In this document: positions 28,450 through 40,169 of the stretch, piece after piece
Layout: every line of letters begins with the position of its first letter
Position numbering within the stretch: position 1 is the first letter of the stretch
Source: Octopus vulgaris
Taxonomy: Eukaryota
NCBI GenBank assembly: GCA_951406725.2
Contig: OX597829.1
Location: 46,190,001 to 46,254,000, forward strand
Direction of reading: 5' to 3'
DNA length: 64,000 bases
The notes under the pieces: model-generated
Seen by the model: the letters and a program-made list of their open reading frames with translations, nothing else
The model's database searches: none
Told to the model about the DNA's origin: nothing
Made by a program: the position numbers and the translations under genes

Positions 28450-28670
28450 AATATTAGTTGCAAAATTTGGTACAAGCCATCAATTTCGGGTGAAGGACTA
28501 AATCAATTACATCGACCCCAGTGTTTAACTGGTACTTATATTATCGACCCCGAAAGTACAACAGGCAAAGCCGGCCTCGGTGGAATATGATAAGAGAATG
28601 TAAAGACGGGTGAAAATTCCGTTAAGCTTTTTTGCTTGGCGTGCTAAGGACTCTGCCAGTTCGCCGCCTT
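28450..28670 (-). mobile_element. Diverged SINE type M
   Basis: Homology to family head and core. Confidence 0.75.
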
Positions 28671-28825
28671 AAATAATACTTGAATATTGGTTTCAAATTT
28701 TGACACAAGGTCAGAAATGTCGGGGGTAAGGGCCAAATCGATTACATACAGGCCACATTTCGAGTAAATCCAGGCATGAAAGCAATTTATAGGCAGGTAC
28801 CATTACTATTTTGAAAATCTTAAAT

Positions 28826-29005
28826 GGCGTAGGAGTGGCTGTGTGGTAAGTAGCTTGCTTACCAGCCACATGGTTCAGTCTGACTGCGTGGCACCTTGGG
28901 CAAGTGTCTTCTACTATAGCCTGAGGCCGACTAAAGCCTTGTGAGTGGATTTGGTAGACGGAAACTGAAAGAAGCCCGTCGTATATATGTATATATATAT
29001 ATATA

Positions 29006-29048
<43 letters not shown>

Positions 29049-29265
29049 GTGCGTGTGTATATGTTTGTGTCTGTGTTTGTCCCTCCAACATCACTTGACA
29101 ACCGATGCTGGTGTGTTTACGTCCCCGTCACTTAGCGATTCGGCAAAAGAGACCGATAGAATAAGTACTAGGCTTTCAAAGAATAAGCCCTGGGGTGATT
29201 TCCTCGACTGAAGGCGGTGCTCCAATATGGCCACAGTCAAGCGACAGAAACAGTAAAAGAGTAAA
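28826..29265 (+). mobile_element. SINE type A
   Basis: Full copy with a small head deletion. Confidence 0.9.
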
Positions 29266-29482
29266 GAGAGAGAGAGGTAAAAGACGAATTGTTAGGTGAA
29301 ATATTGAACTGTATTGTTGGACTGACCGATCGATTACAGTGACAGGACTGTGCCAAAGGTAAATTGGTTGGAAGCCAAAAGGCAGACTTTTTATCGATGG
29401 CTATTTTAAAATCACCATCAACAAGCAGATGGAGATCATTACCCAATACCCGGATATCTTCGTCTTTTCTGTTCTTTTGTCA

Positions 29483-29686
29483 TTTACTTGTTTCACTCAT
29501 TTGACAGCCGCCATGATGGAGCGCCTCCTTAAAGGGTTCTAGTCGAACAAATCGACCCAGGATTTATTTTGCCCAAAGATTAGTATTTATTCTATCGGTC
29601 TCTTTTTGCCGAACTGCTAAACTACGGGGATGTAAACACACCAGCACCGTTTGGCAAGTTGTGGTGAGGACAAATACAACCACAAA

Positions 29687-29737
<51 letters not shown>

Positions 29738-29903
29738 GCAACGAAATTATTTCAGTTTCCTTCTACCAAAACCACTCACAAGGCTTTTGGTCGGCCCGCC
29801 CAACTGTATAGAAGACACTTGCCTAAGTTGCCATGCAGCGGGACTGAACCCGGAACCAAGTGGTTGGAAAGCAAACGTCTAGCCACACAGCCATGCTTGC
29901 GCC
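29483..29903 (-). mobile_element. Diverged SINE type A
   Basis: Homology over full length. Confidence 0.82.
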
Positions 29904-30234
29904 TGTATAATGAAATATTCCATATATACTCGCGGATAAGCAGTATTCAGTCGATATAAAAGACGCATATTTTACGAGTAGAATTTATACAAGAATTCCC
30001 AAAATTGTGAAAGTATCCCCTTTCGGGTCAGCTGATCAGTTAATTGCATAATTACTTAAAGTTAAAAGATATTGCCCAAGGATTATTCTGATGCGCTCAG
30101 TAATATAGAGAATGATAATAATTATTACTAAACAAAATTAATATACATTACGAGCTTATTTTTTTAAAGAAAACTTTTCTTTTTGTTATATTACGAAAAT
30201 GTTAATATGATTCTTGACATGGAGTAAATATCAT

Positions 30235-30535
30235 TTGCCAACATAACATGGCAGTCCTAGTTTAAGACGAATGTTGCTATAATTTAGCCCCAGGAGACAT
30301 AGTTTCCAGTTGGCTATACGATCCGGTCTGTATCCTTATATTTTCGAACAAGGGAATCTAGCACCCCCACTCAGCTCAAAACAAATATCTGTTTATCGCG
30401 ATTTCCGGGTTATTTCCCTTCAGCAGCACAGAGTAATTGTTCGGATAGAGGAACATGTAATGTTGCCAATTAATCTTTACTCCAAAGTACTGTTGCTGAA
30501 TATTTCTCGTTGTGAGATTTAAAAATAGTAATTTT
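30235..30535 (-). mobile_element. Hammerhead-bearing palindromic element, family P1; right arm largely deleted
   Basis: Colinear with 35797-36226; hammerhead on the minus strand at 30389-30431. Confidence 0.75.
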
Positions 30536-30802
30536 CTGATTCTTGACATGTTATAAATTGTTATATCATTGAAGCAATTTATCCTCCTACTTCGCTCTTA
30601 GTAGTAAGGAAGGCTGACCTTTTAGTCGTTCTTGTGTCATTGTGCATCTAAAGTAACGTTTGATGGGCTTCAGTTTGATGAAAGTTCTCTGAATAAATTC
30701 CACTTCTAGTTACAGTGTGCAGAATATTTATGTATTAAATACATAGATCATTTAGAAATAATATATTTCTAAATCTCTCAGAGATTTATGCAGTAGCAGC
30801 AT

Positions 30803-31365
30803 GATAAAGGGATAGCATGTTGTCAACTTAATGTAACAGTCTCATAAAAGGGAAGAATGCTACTGTTATTTAGCCCTAGGAAACACCGTTTCCGGTTGGA
30901 CTTGACATTTCCTGTGTTCTCACGTTTTCAAAGTGGAGATAAAGCCAGCATCGAGAGAATAGTTTCGGAGTCCTTGCTCTTCATCAGTCTAGAGTAGCAT
31001 GGTTTGCCTGCTGTCGATGACTATCCACCCTTGAAAACATATATATTTCAAGTGAAATACATTATTTCTATTTTCAAAAATCAGTGAATGTATTTCACTT
31101 GAAATATATATGTTTTCAAGGGCAAATAGTCATCGACAGCTAGCAGGACATGCTACTCCAGACTGATGAAGAGCAACGAGTCTGAAACTAGTCTCTAGAT
31201 GCTGGCTTTGCTGGGTGGAGGTGCTTGTCTCCACTTTGAAAACATAAGGACAAAGGAAGTGTGTCAGGTCCAACAGGAAACGATGTTTCCTAGGGCTAAA
31301 TAACAGTATTATTCTTCCCTTTTATGGGACTGTCACATTAAGTTGACGACATTCTATCACTTTAT
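30803..31365. mobile_element. ~560-bp palindrome with a hammerhead motif in each arm (family P2, related to P1)
   Basis: Arms about 30803-31063 and 31087-31365; hammerheads at 30952-30992 (-) and 31158-31198 (+). Confidence 0.8.
31158..31198 (+). ncRNA. Minimal type I hammerhead ribozyme
   Basis: AGA-CTGATGA-A-GAG caacga GTC-T-GAAAC-TA-GTC-TCT. Palindromic stem III ACTAGT, GUC triplet. The mirror arm restores stem II GAG/CTC; the two-arm consensus gives stem I CTAGA/TCTAG. Confidence 0.7.
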
Positions 31366-31653
31366 AAATTATTTAGCTTATGCATTTTGAGTGTATTTGA
31401 CACATGCATTGTCTTAAGGTGCCCCTATCCCTTTTTCATAGATTTTTAGGGGATCTTTTGTGCAGTTTCCAGTATTCTTGTGCATTAAATTTTGTCCAGT
31501 TTTCAGTTTTCTTTCGCCATGTTTCGATATGGACAAAGAGCATACAGAATTCAGAACAATCAACTAATTATCTTTAAAGAACCAAACCACTTTTCATCGC
31601 TGCCAACGAACAAGACATTTTGTTCGGATTAAGATTCAGCCTTACCAGAACCA

Positions 31654-31785
31654 TTACAGAGATTTTTCTCGAGTGTTCTCCTTTGATTCTTCATTGACTT
31701 CATTGACATTAAGTCTTACTCTTTCGTTAACCCTCGGTTTAATATGAGATGGATTGTTTTTTGATTTCTTCAGCAACCGATTTCG
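31654..31785 (-). CDS. Candidate terminal coding exon of an unidentified host gene (RNRLLKKSKNNPSHIKPRVNERVRLNVNEVNEESKENTREKSL*)
   Basis: Acceptor TAAATGTAG; phase 0, in frame with the exon at 31999-32079 across a 213-nt intron; ends in TAA. An internal AGA|GTAAGA donor is also possible. Confidence 0.42.
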   Translation of the reverse strand, partial: RNRLLKKSKNNPSHIKPRVNERVRLNVNEVNEESKENTREKSL

Positions 31786-31998
31786 CTACATTTAACATTT
31801 GTGATAATTTCTCATGTAGATCTTCGTTAAATATCGTTCGAGTATGACTGTAGCATTGTTGATATAACGACGGAAACGAAGGATGAACCATTTCATTACA
31901 CGATAGACTTCATTAACGATTTTTCTCGACAGAAATTAGTTTCTTTAATGCATCTCATTACCCAAGATTGCAAATAGTATCTCACGTGCAACACTCAC

Positions 31999-32079
31999 TT
32001 TCTTCCATGGTTTGTACTGATTCTTAAAACGCGGATCAATTTTCCAAAATGCCCCTGGAGTGTAGCCCAGCGCTGAGAA
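31999..32079 (-). CDS. Candidate internal coding exon, 81 nt (FSALGYTPGAFWKIDPRFKNQYKPWKK)
   Basis: Strong acceptor TTTGCTTGTTTCGTTTTTCAG, donor GTGAGT, open phase 0-0 frame in non-repeat sequence. Confidence 0.6.
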
Positions 32080-32134
32080 CTGAAAAACGAAACAAGCAAA
32101 TTGTAAAATACATGCTTCTAAAATATTTAACCAC

Positions 32135-32750
32135 GCGACGAGCTGGCAGAAACGTTATCACGCCGAGCGAAATGCTTAGCGGTATTTCGTCTGCCGCTAC
32201 GTTCTGAGTTCAAATTCCGTCGAGGTCGACTTTGCATTTCATCCTTTCGGGGTCGATAAATTAAGTACCAGTTACGCACTGGGGTCGATGTCATCGACTT
32301 AATCCATTTGTCTGTCCTTGTTTGTCCGCTCTGGGGTCGATGTCATCGACTTTATCCATTTGTCTGTCCTTGTGGGTAGTAAAGAAATATGTATTTCGTT
32401 TGTCGTTACGTTCTGAGTTCGAATTCCGTCGAGGTCGACTTTGCCTTTCATCCTTTCGGGGTCGATAAATTAAATACCAGTTACACACTGGAGTCGATGT
32501 AATCGACGTAATCCGTTTTTCTGTCCTTGTTTGTCCTCTCTGTGTTTAGCCCCTTGTGGGTAGTAAAGACATATGTATTTCGTCTGTCTTAACGTTCTGA
32601 GTTCAAATTCCGCCGAGGTTGACTTTGCCTTTCATCCTTTCGGGGTCAATTAATAAAGACCAGTTTCGCACTGGGTTCGATATAATCGACTTAATCCCTT
32701 TGTCTATCCTTCGTTGTTCCCTCTATGTTTAGCCCCTAGTGGGCAATAAA
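32135..32750 (+). mobile_element. Trimeric SINE type M
   Basis: One head followed by three bodies; TSD AAATATTTAAC at 32121 and 32748. Confidence 0.9.
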
Positions 32751-33783
32751 TATTTAACTACACTCTCATAGTGTGTGGCAGAATCTAATCAACATAAGTT
32801 TGGTGAGTGGTAGGTACAAGGAGAATAAAAGCACAGCTGATCAACAAGAAATATATACTGTCAAGTACCATTATAATTCCTTGGTTATATTATCAACGTT
32901 AGTATTATGATTTGTCTACACGAAGCCTTAGTAAATGTCTCAAATGATTATTTCCTCAATCAACCCTTCATTTTAAAATAAAGTTTGGAGATCATTCTTG
33001 AGCTACATATTCAGTATCACCTTCAGTCAATCAACGGACAACAAACGTCGCCTACTCCACATGGCCGTAAACCTGTCTTATTCATCAGTGATTTAATAAT
33101 ATTTTGCAACGTCCAAAACAATATTTTGGAAGCTCCCGTCGGTTAACAGATGATGTGACTAACGGTAAACAATTTATTATTAGTATAAATTACCTATCAA
33201 ACTGCACTCATTTTTGAGAAGATATATATCACATTGTTGTACAGAATTTGATATTCTGTATTAACTTTTCGCAATATGTCAATCGCAATAATTTATTCAA
33301 TAATTCAATTATTGTTGTGTCTGGCTTTTGAAACTAATTATTTATCCAATATTACTGATTGTCGAAGGGAACACTGCCACATTTCATATAACAAATTGTA
33401 TTTCGGCCACACGTTGATTTGTCACTTCTTATCTCTGTATATAGATAGGTATCACACAATTTAATATCCTACATTTGGATAACATTGAAGAATAACTCAT
33501 AAGCCAGCAGGGCTTCTATAAAGAGTTTCTTTGCTGCTTGTCCTATTCCATGTGTGAAAACTCACTGCTAAGAAAAATTAATGTGATTTGAAGCTTATAC
33601 TTTGCTTGATAATGGTGTAGTGTTTAAGTTGACATTTCTTTATTTCTATGTTGCTATAACAGTCTCTATGTGAAAAATTCAGGAGTTTCTCTTAATAGTG
33701 GTTCGAACACGAAACGCAACTAGGTGAAAAAACGTTTTAATTTCCTTTCTTCTAATGAACCTATCATTACTATACCATAAATC

Positions 33784-34348
33784 GATAGTTCTCACCCAGG
33801 GTCCACATGGCTCCTGAGGGTCTGTATAAGGTTCTTGTGGGGTCCATACAGCAAAATAGTAAATAGTATTTTAAGGGCATCTGAAAAAAATTTGTCTTAG
33901 ATGTATGTATTGCATGAAACAGTTAGTCTTCTTTCCCTAACGTTTTACATGGTTCAACCGAGACGAGACAGTTTAATGTGAGAATTACAAAATAGGAATT
34001 TTGAAAGAAGTTTCTATAAAACTAGTTTTTAAACATCGAATGGCTATGGGGGTCCCCCAGAATATAATAGTAATCAAAGGGGTCCATAGATAAAAGATGC
34101 CCGAGAACCCCTGCTTTGGATGCATGTATTGGAATGTAAGAAACTGGTAGATTTTTCCTTCTCTAACAGTTTACATAGTTATACCTAGACAATATAATGG
34201 GAGAATTACGAAATAGAAATTCTGAAATAAATTTCTATAAAACAATACAAATTAGGTCTTTTATATCTTCTTTCATGTTATTTCCTTCTGGTCCACCAGA
34301 ATAAAATAATAAAGAGGTTCGTGGATAAAAAATGGCTGAGAACTCCTG
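33784..34348. mobile_element. hAT-like non-autonomous element with a tandemly duplicated 3' part
   Basis: GTTCTCA...GAGAACCCCTG ends and repeated GGGGTCCA subterminal motifs; 34115-34348 repeats about 33899-34113. Confidence 0.6.
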
Positions 34349-35796
34349 CCATAAACGAAGCCAGCGATATTCATTAACAAAAGTTTTCGTTTTCCCATTT
34401 CTTGATTCAACGGAACATATTTTGACAAATTATCTTTTCCTTCCTTCCTTCATCCCGTCTACCAGAAAATCTTTCCTGTCTTTCATCTATTCATTTCCAG
34501 CCGTATATAATTAGATACTGTTGTGATAATCAGGCGATTATGACTATTTTGTGTCTTCAAGCCGGTCAATTTATTCACATCAACGGCTTTTAGCAGTATC
34601 TATTATTGCTTACTACATCTAACTAATCTAATCGAAAACCGAACTAGCACTCTTGCAGTCAAAAGATATTGGTAGCGTAGCATAATGATGACTGCGGCTG
34701 CTATAAATACAACTATTTTAACTGTAAGTCCTGTTGTTAATGGAGTTAACCCTTTCAGAACCCAGCGCTGCTGTTAGCAGTGTGATGGCAGTTACATATA
34801 ACTATTCAAATTGTAAATTTTGTCGTCTGTGAGCTAGCTCTTTTGATGATTCACATTTGCTGACTGCATTTTGATATGTTTAATGCATTAAGTGTTCTTT
34901 CTGTAAAAATCCCGTTGAGAATGAAATAACATGAAAGAAGATATAAAAGGCCTAAATTCTATTGTTTCTAAGTACATATGGAAATCATGTCGAGTGAGAT
35001 ATATTTTCCATACTTGTAGCTGCTTTGTACACTAAAGAGTTAAGTGCCTACAGCACTAATCTGCTTATTTCGTATAATTTAGTAACCACTACATTATAAG
35101 TTTCTATTTGATATCAGATTATACAAAATTATGTACATCAATCTAGGTTCTTAGAAGATAATATAAAATGCTTGAATTCTCTTGAATGCTTTTGAATTGA
35201 GATTAATTTTTACCACTTCTATTACTCCGATATTTGTAGGGGCAAGACTAATAGACATACTAGTATTTTATGAACTAATCATTGTAAGTTTACAAAATTG
35301 ACAGTGATGCTGAAGTAGTCCAGCTAAGCTTTCTCTAAAATCTTTGGTCCGTAACCAGTTTCATAATTATTTTCATTCCATGATGATTTGTCATTAGAGT
35401 ACGCAGTCAAATACTTAGCCGGTAGCTATTGACACATTTTGTAGCATGGACCTTCATGAAATCAGCCGAAATACAATATTGCCTCGAATGGGATCGATAC
35501 ACAAGTTTCATGATTTTACTCGGTAAATGTTTATAGAGATCGCATAGAGAAATTATAATTTCAATTTTATTCTTAGTTTTACTAAATTCAGCTGAATCGA
35601 GGCGAAATTATATTTGTGATCATCTCAACCGCTTTTCAACCTCATTAGGGGAAAATGCTATGCAATAAGTTATTGATTGAAAGTGAGTCACTAGCCATAT
35701 TAATAGTCTAGAGACAAATACACAAGTATACATCAAATAACTGAAATCAGTATTTTGTAGTCGATACTGGAGTATTCAAAGGAAAATATTTTTGTA

Positions 35797-36226
35797 GTAA
35801 AGAGTGTTTGCCAACATAACATGGCAGTCCTGGTTTAGGACGAATGTTGCTGTAATTTAGCCCCAGGAGACATCGTCTCCAGTTGGCTATACGACACGAT
35901 CTGTGTCCTTATATTTTCGAACTAGGGAATCTAGCACCCCTACCCAACTCAAAACAATATCTGTGTATCCCGATTTCTGAGTTATTTCTCTTCATCATCA
36001 CAGAATAATTGCTTTGAGCTGAGTGGGGGGTGCTAGATTCCCATCTTGGAAAATATAAGGACACAAATCGTGTCGTATAGCCAGCTGGAGATGATATCTC
36101 CTAGGGTTAAATTACAGCAACATTCGTCCTAAACCAGAACTGCCATGTTATGTTGGCAAACAATCTTTACAACAAAGTATTGTTGCTGAATATCTCACGT
36201 TGTGAGATTTAAAAATAAAAATTTTC
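35797..36226 (-). mobile_element. Hammerhead-bearing palindromic element, family P1 (arms about 170 bp, hammerhead at the apex)
   Basis: 35797-35965 pairs with 35999-36170. The apex on the minus strand reads CTGTG-(A)TGATGA-A-GAG aaataa CTC-A-GAAAT-CGGG-ATA-CACAG. Confidence 0.8.
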
Positions 36227-37952
36227 GAAAATATTTTTGTTCAGCAATATGCTTAACTTTAATTCAAGTAGTAATGTTATGTTTGAATGGTTGATAGTTT
36301 TAAAAACTGCACACTCTATAACCTTCACTATATAGATGGTAAGGTTTTTCTATATATCACTTTTGTTTTTTCGAATTTTATATAGCTTCGTTGGTTATAG
36401 AGTTATAAGGGGGTGGTCAATTTTTGTTTTTCTTTAACGGTGTGAGTGACCAAGAATTGTTTTCTTAAAATGTACGAATACATTCACAGCTCGCACAAAT
36501 GTAATTCTGTTTTGGTCCTTGAAAAGCAAAAAACAAAAGCTCCAAGAAATTTGAAATATGTTTTTCTTAAGAGGAGATAACTGTACTTAATCTAAAGGGC
36601 AAAGAAAAATCAAGATTTAGTTTATATTTAAACTTGTGTTTGTTTAGTGACGAATTTTGTCATATTGCATAGGTCCCACAACGCATATCAGATCCTGATT
36701 TTCTTACGAAAGGGCCGACTTCACTTGACGCTTTTGCAGTATTGGACATTTAGCATAAACTTCGACGTAGGTTTTTCTGCTGATTATATTGAATCCTATT
36801 TCTCAGAAGTAGATTAGTCCGGTTTTGCAATTCGAAATACTGGGGAAAGGGAAAAATGCTAGCAAGTTAAAGTTTTGAAGCTCTTTGGTCAAAATGTAAC
36901 CAAAAGTGTTCTTTCATATTGGGTATATGACCAGATGGGGTCAGAGTATTGAGCATTTCTGTTGTTCATAGATGACAATATCTTTGCTTTGTTTTTCAGC
37001 ACTACTCTATTCCATTGCAGGGCTGCTTTTGTCTTCGAAAAACAAATAACTTGAAAGGAACTTTGCATTGCAATTCTTAGTGTGCCTAAATGAATGTATG
37101 CTGTGTTTATTTTCTGTTTTAAAAGTTTTCTGATTTGGATCGATGTACGTATTGACCATGCAGCAGTGAAACGATTATGTACTTTGTAACTACACTATAT
37201 TTTTTGGAACATTTTCTACGCAAAGGTCACCAAGTATTATCTCTGCACTTGTATTGAGTTTAGGGCCTTCCAGTATAATTCAAAAATTCTTAGTTGTTGC
37301 TCGAAATTTGTTATCCTATGTACTCATACAACACACGATATCAAATACCATGCTGGAAACATGCTCAGAATTTATTCAAAGATGTCAAATCCGTTTCAAG
37401 CGAAGATGTGTATAATAATAATAATAATAATGAGGGTAAAAAGTTACTAGCCACACTAGTACCCACATTTAAACCATATGGAGGGTTATACTGGAAAACC
37501 TTTCTAGGTCTACGTTTAGCATTATTTGTTGCGGATTGTTTTATATATGTCAGTTTAGCGCTAATCTGAAGCTAGCTAAGTCCCTAATAGAGTATATGAC
37601 AGACAGCATTGTTTATTCTTTCTCTGAGCAAATATAGGGGAGATACACTCTTCTTGTTTGTAATGTGGTTGGAGTTACAGACATGTGGTTCCAATTACTA
37701 TTTTTGAATCTTGTTCATTTAATGGGTTTATAATAAGTTTGATATCTGCTGCTGGTAGAGATTGGTGATACATTTACAGAATATATCATCTTAAGGTTTG
37801 TAGGTTTAGTAATCTTAGATAGACTGTTTTAAAGCATTATTTTGTGTATTTTAGACTGTGGCTAAGACTTGCCGATTCAGGTAATTTTAGTACAACACGT
37901 CCGTAATCTCAGCAAAGAACTAATTGACTAATTGTTTATTTTCCGTATGTGT

Positions 37953-38143
37953 TTACTCTCTCTTACTCTTTTAGTTGTTTCAGTCATTTGACTGTAACCA
38001 TGCTGGAGCACCACCTTTAGTCGAGCACATCGACCCCAGGACTTTGTAAGCCTAGTACTTATTCTATCGGGCTCTTTTGCTGAACCGCTAAGTTACGAGG
38101 AGGTAAACATACCAGCATCGGTTGTCAAGCGATGTTGGGGGCA

Positions 38144-38215
<72 letters not shown>

Positions 38216-38354
38216 TACGATGGGTTTCTTTCGGTTTCCGTTTACCAAATCTACTCACAAGGCTTTGGTCGGCCCGAGGCTATAGTAGAAGACACTTGCC
38301 CGGAACCATGTGTTTCATAAGCAAATTACTTACCACACAGCCACTCGTGCGCCT
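37953..38354 (-). mobile_element. SINE type A
   Basis: Homology; internal deletion in the head. Confidence 0.88.
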
Positions 38355-38740
38355 ATTAAATATATTATTTGAAACCAGTGTCTAAATCCAAGATACATTT
38401 TCAAAATATTCAAAGAAATCACCGAGCTATGTTATATAAACTGAAAACTCTATACTTTGGAAGGTACCCACGTACAATTCTCTGGCTGTTAATAAAGAAG
38501 AAACTTGATAAAATGATAACAATTTCCTTGCATTTATTTTAAAGTTGATATTGCAATTATATATAATATTTTGTTTCCTTACCGTTTCTATATTCCAGAA
38601 TTTAAAAAACAGATAATATTCTACAATATCAAAATTAGAAAACGTGCGGCTCGATTGTATCTGTGATGTTGTTGAACCACTTCATAGTAGTCCTGTTGCA
38701 TTTCTGTTAAGTTTTGTTGTGCTATTGTGGTATTTCGGTA

Positions 38741-39086
38741 TGGTCATTTTGCCTGTTTAGCCAATAAAAACACACGCACTATATATTTGGCGTTACTTTG
38801 CTTCAGTGTTATTTATTTTTTACATTAAACTTAATCTTATTTCGGCCAGAGTTCTTTCGTCACAATCCTATTTCTAGAAATACAAAATGTCTGACGGTTA
38901 GTAAGGAGAGATACACAAATAAGAGAAAAGAAAGCAAAGGACCACTGATGCGGTCACAGGATTGTGACGAAAGAACTCTGGCCGAAATAAGATTAAGTTT
39001 AATGTAAAAAATAAATAACACTGAAGCAAAGTAACACCAAATATACAGTGCATGTGTTTTTATTGGGTAAATTGGCAAAATGACCA
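38741..39086. mobile_element. Palindromic element, arms about 130 bp, hammerhead-like motif at 38941-38983 (family P3)
   Basis: 38741-38869 pairs with 38958-39086; ACCA-CTGATG(C)G-GTCAC aggatt GTGAC-GAAAG-AA-CTC-TGG. Confidence 0.72.
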
Positions 39087-40169
39087 TTTCTAAATACAAC
39101 AATATCTGTTTCAACACAGGATTTCACATAAAAAATAAATCTTGCACATCAAATATATAAACGTAATTTGTTGTTAGTTTTGCATTTATACAAGAATCTA
39201 GTAAACTTTTAACTAGTTTGCTGAATCAGCATCAAAATGATCTGTAACATTACCATTGTAATCCATTAACACCTTGTAGGGCTTTGTTGTTGGGAGTTTT
39301 ACTGGATTTGCTATATTTTATACGTGTTCATAAGATTTTTAACGTCCGTTGATTACGCAACAGAAATTTGTTTCACTTGATTTATTTCATATACTTATTA
39401 TTATTATTATATACTATATAGTTATTATTATATATTTCAATCATGCAGAACACGATGATAAAATTCTTTTCATAATATCATCAGTATTTTGTTAGATATA
39501 CTAACAATTACTTTCTGTCATGTGGAACACAGTAGTGAAATTACACTCGCATCAGCTTTTGTTTCGATGCTAAACTTTCAATAATGAAAAAATAAATGAT
39601 AGTCTTCATTTATTGTCATGCATTGAATATTTAGACAATGAGTCACGTAAGAATGAGATATTATTAATAAAATGCTAAACAATTGATCGACCGGCATACC
39701 CATATTCTTATGTATTTATAAAATATCTGATGATGATATGATTTTAACAATTCTGAAACAATCTACTATGAAATTTATTTAAGAGCAATGTTTTATAAAT
39801 ATTCAAGTAATTTCTGTTTCAAAATATAAGTTTTACAAGAAGAAAATTAAAAGGAATCATTAAGTTTTTCAATATTCTACTCCAGTCATGTTTGTTTTCC
39901 TTGATTACACCTCATTAATTTTGTGTTGATTGTTATTGGTAGTATAACAATGACTTCTAGACACTGCAAAATATCAGCTGACTGCTTTTCTATTTAATTG
40001 TATAAAACATTACATGGGACTATAACAAGTGAAATGTTTTTCATTTGCAGAGTAGTAAATATGATATTGCATAGGAAGATTACTTCGGCACTCCATTGAA
40101 GATCAGGACAAATAGTGAGACCCTCGTGCGATCTGTTAAGGTTACACATCTTCATTAGCTGGATCGTGT

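Noticed and set aside
36800-36960. Minus-strand EMLNTLTPSG / NLLLRN resembling a Pif1/Helitron helicase
   Set aside because: Short motifs with wrong spacing and no further support.
38583-38620. Minus-strand mini-exon candidate (YYLFFKFWNIET) with good splice sites; similar candidates near 19205-19260, 44070-44100 and 57551-57588
   Set aside because: Very short, with phases that do not join the main exon chain without further assumptions; expected by chance.
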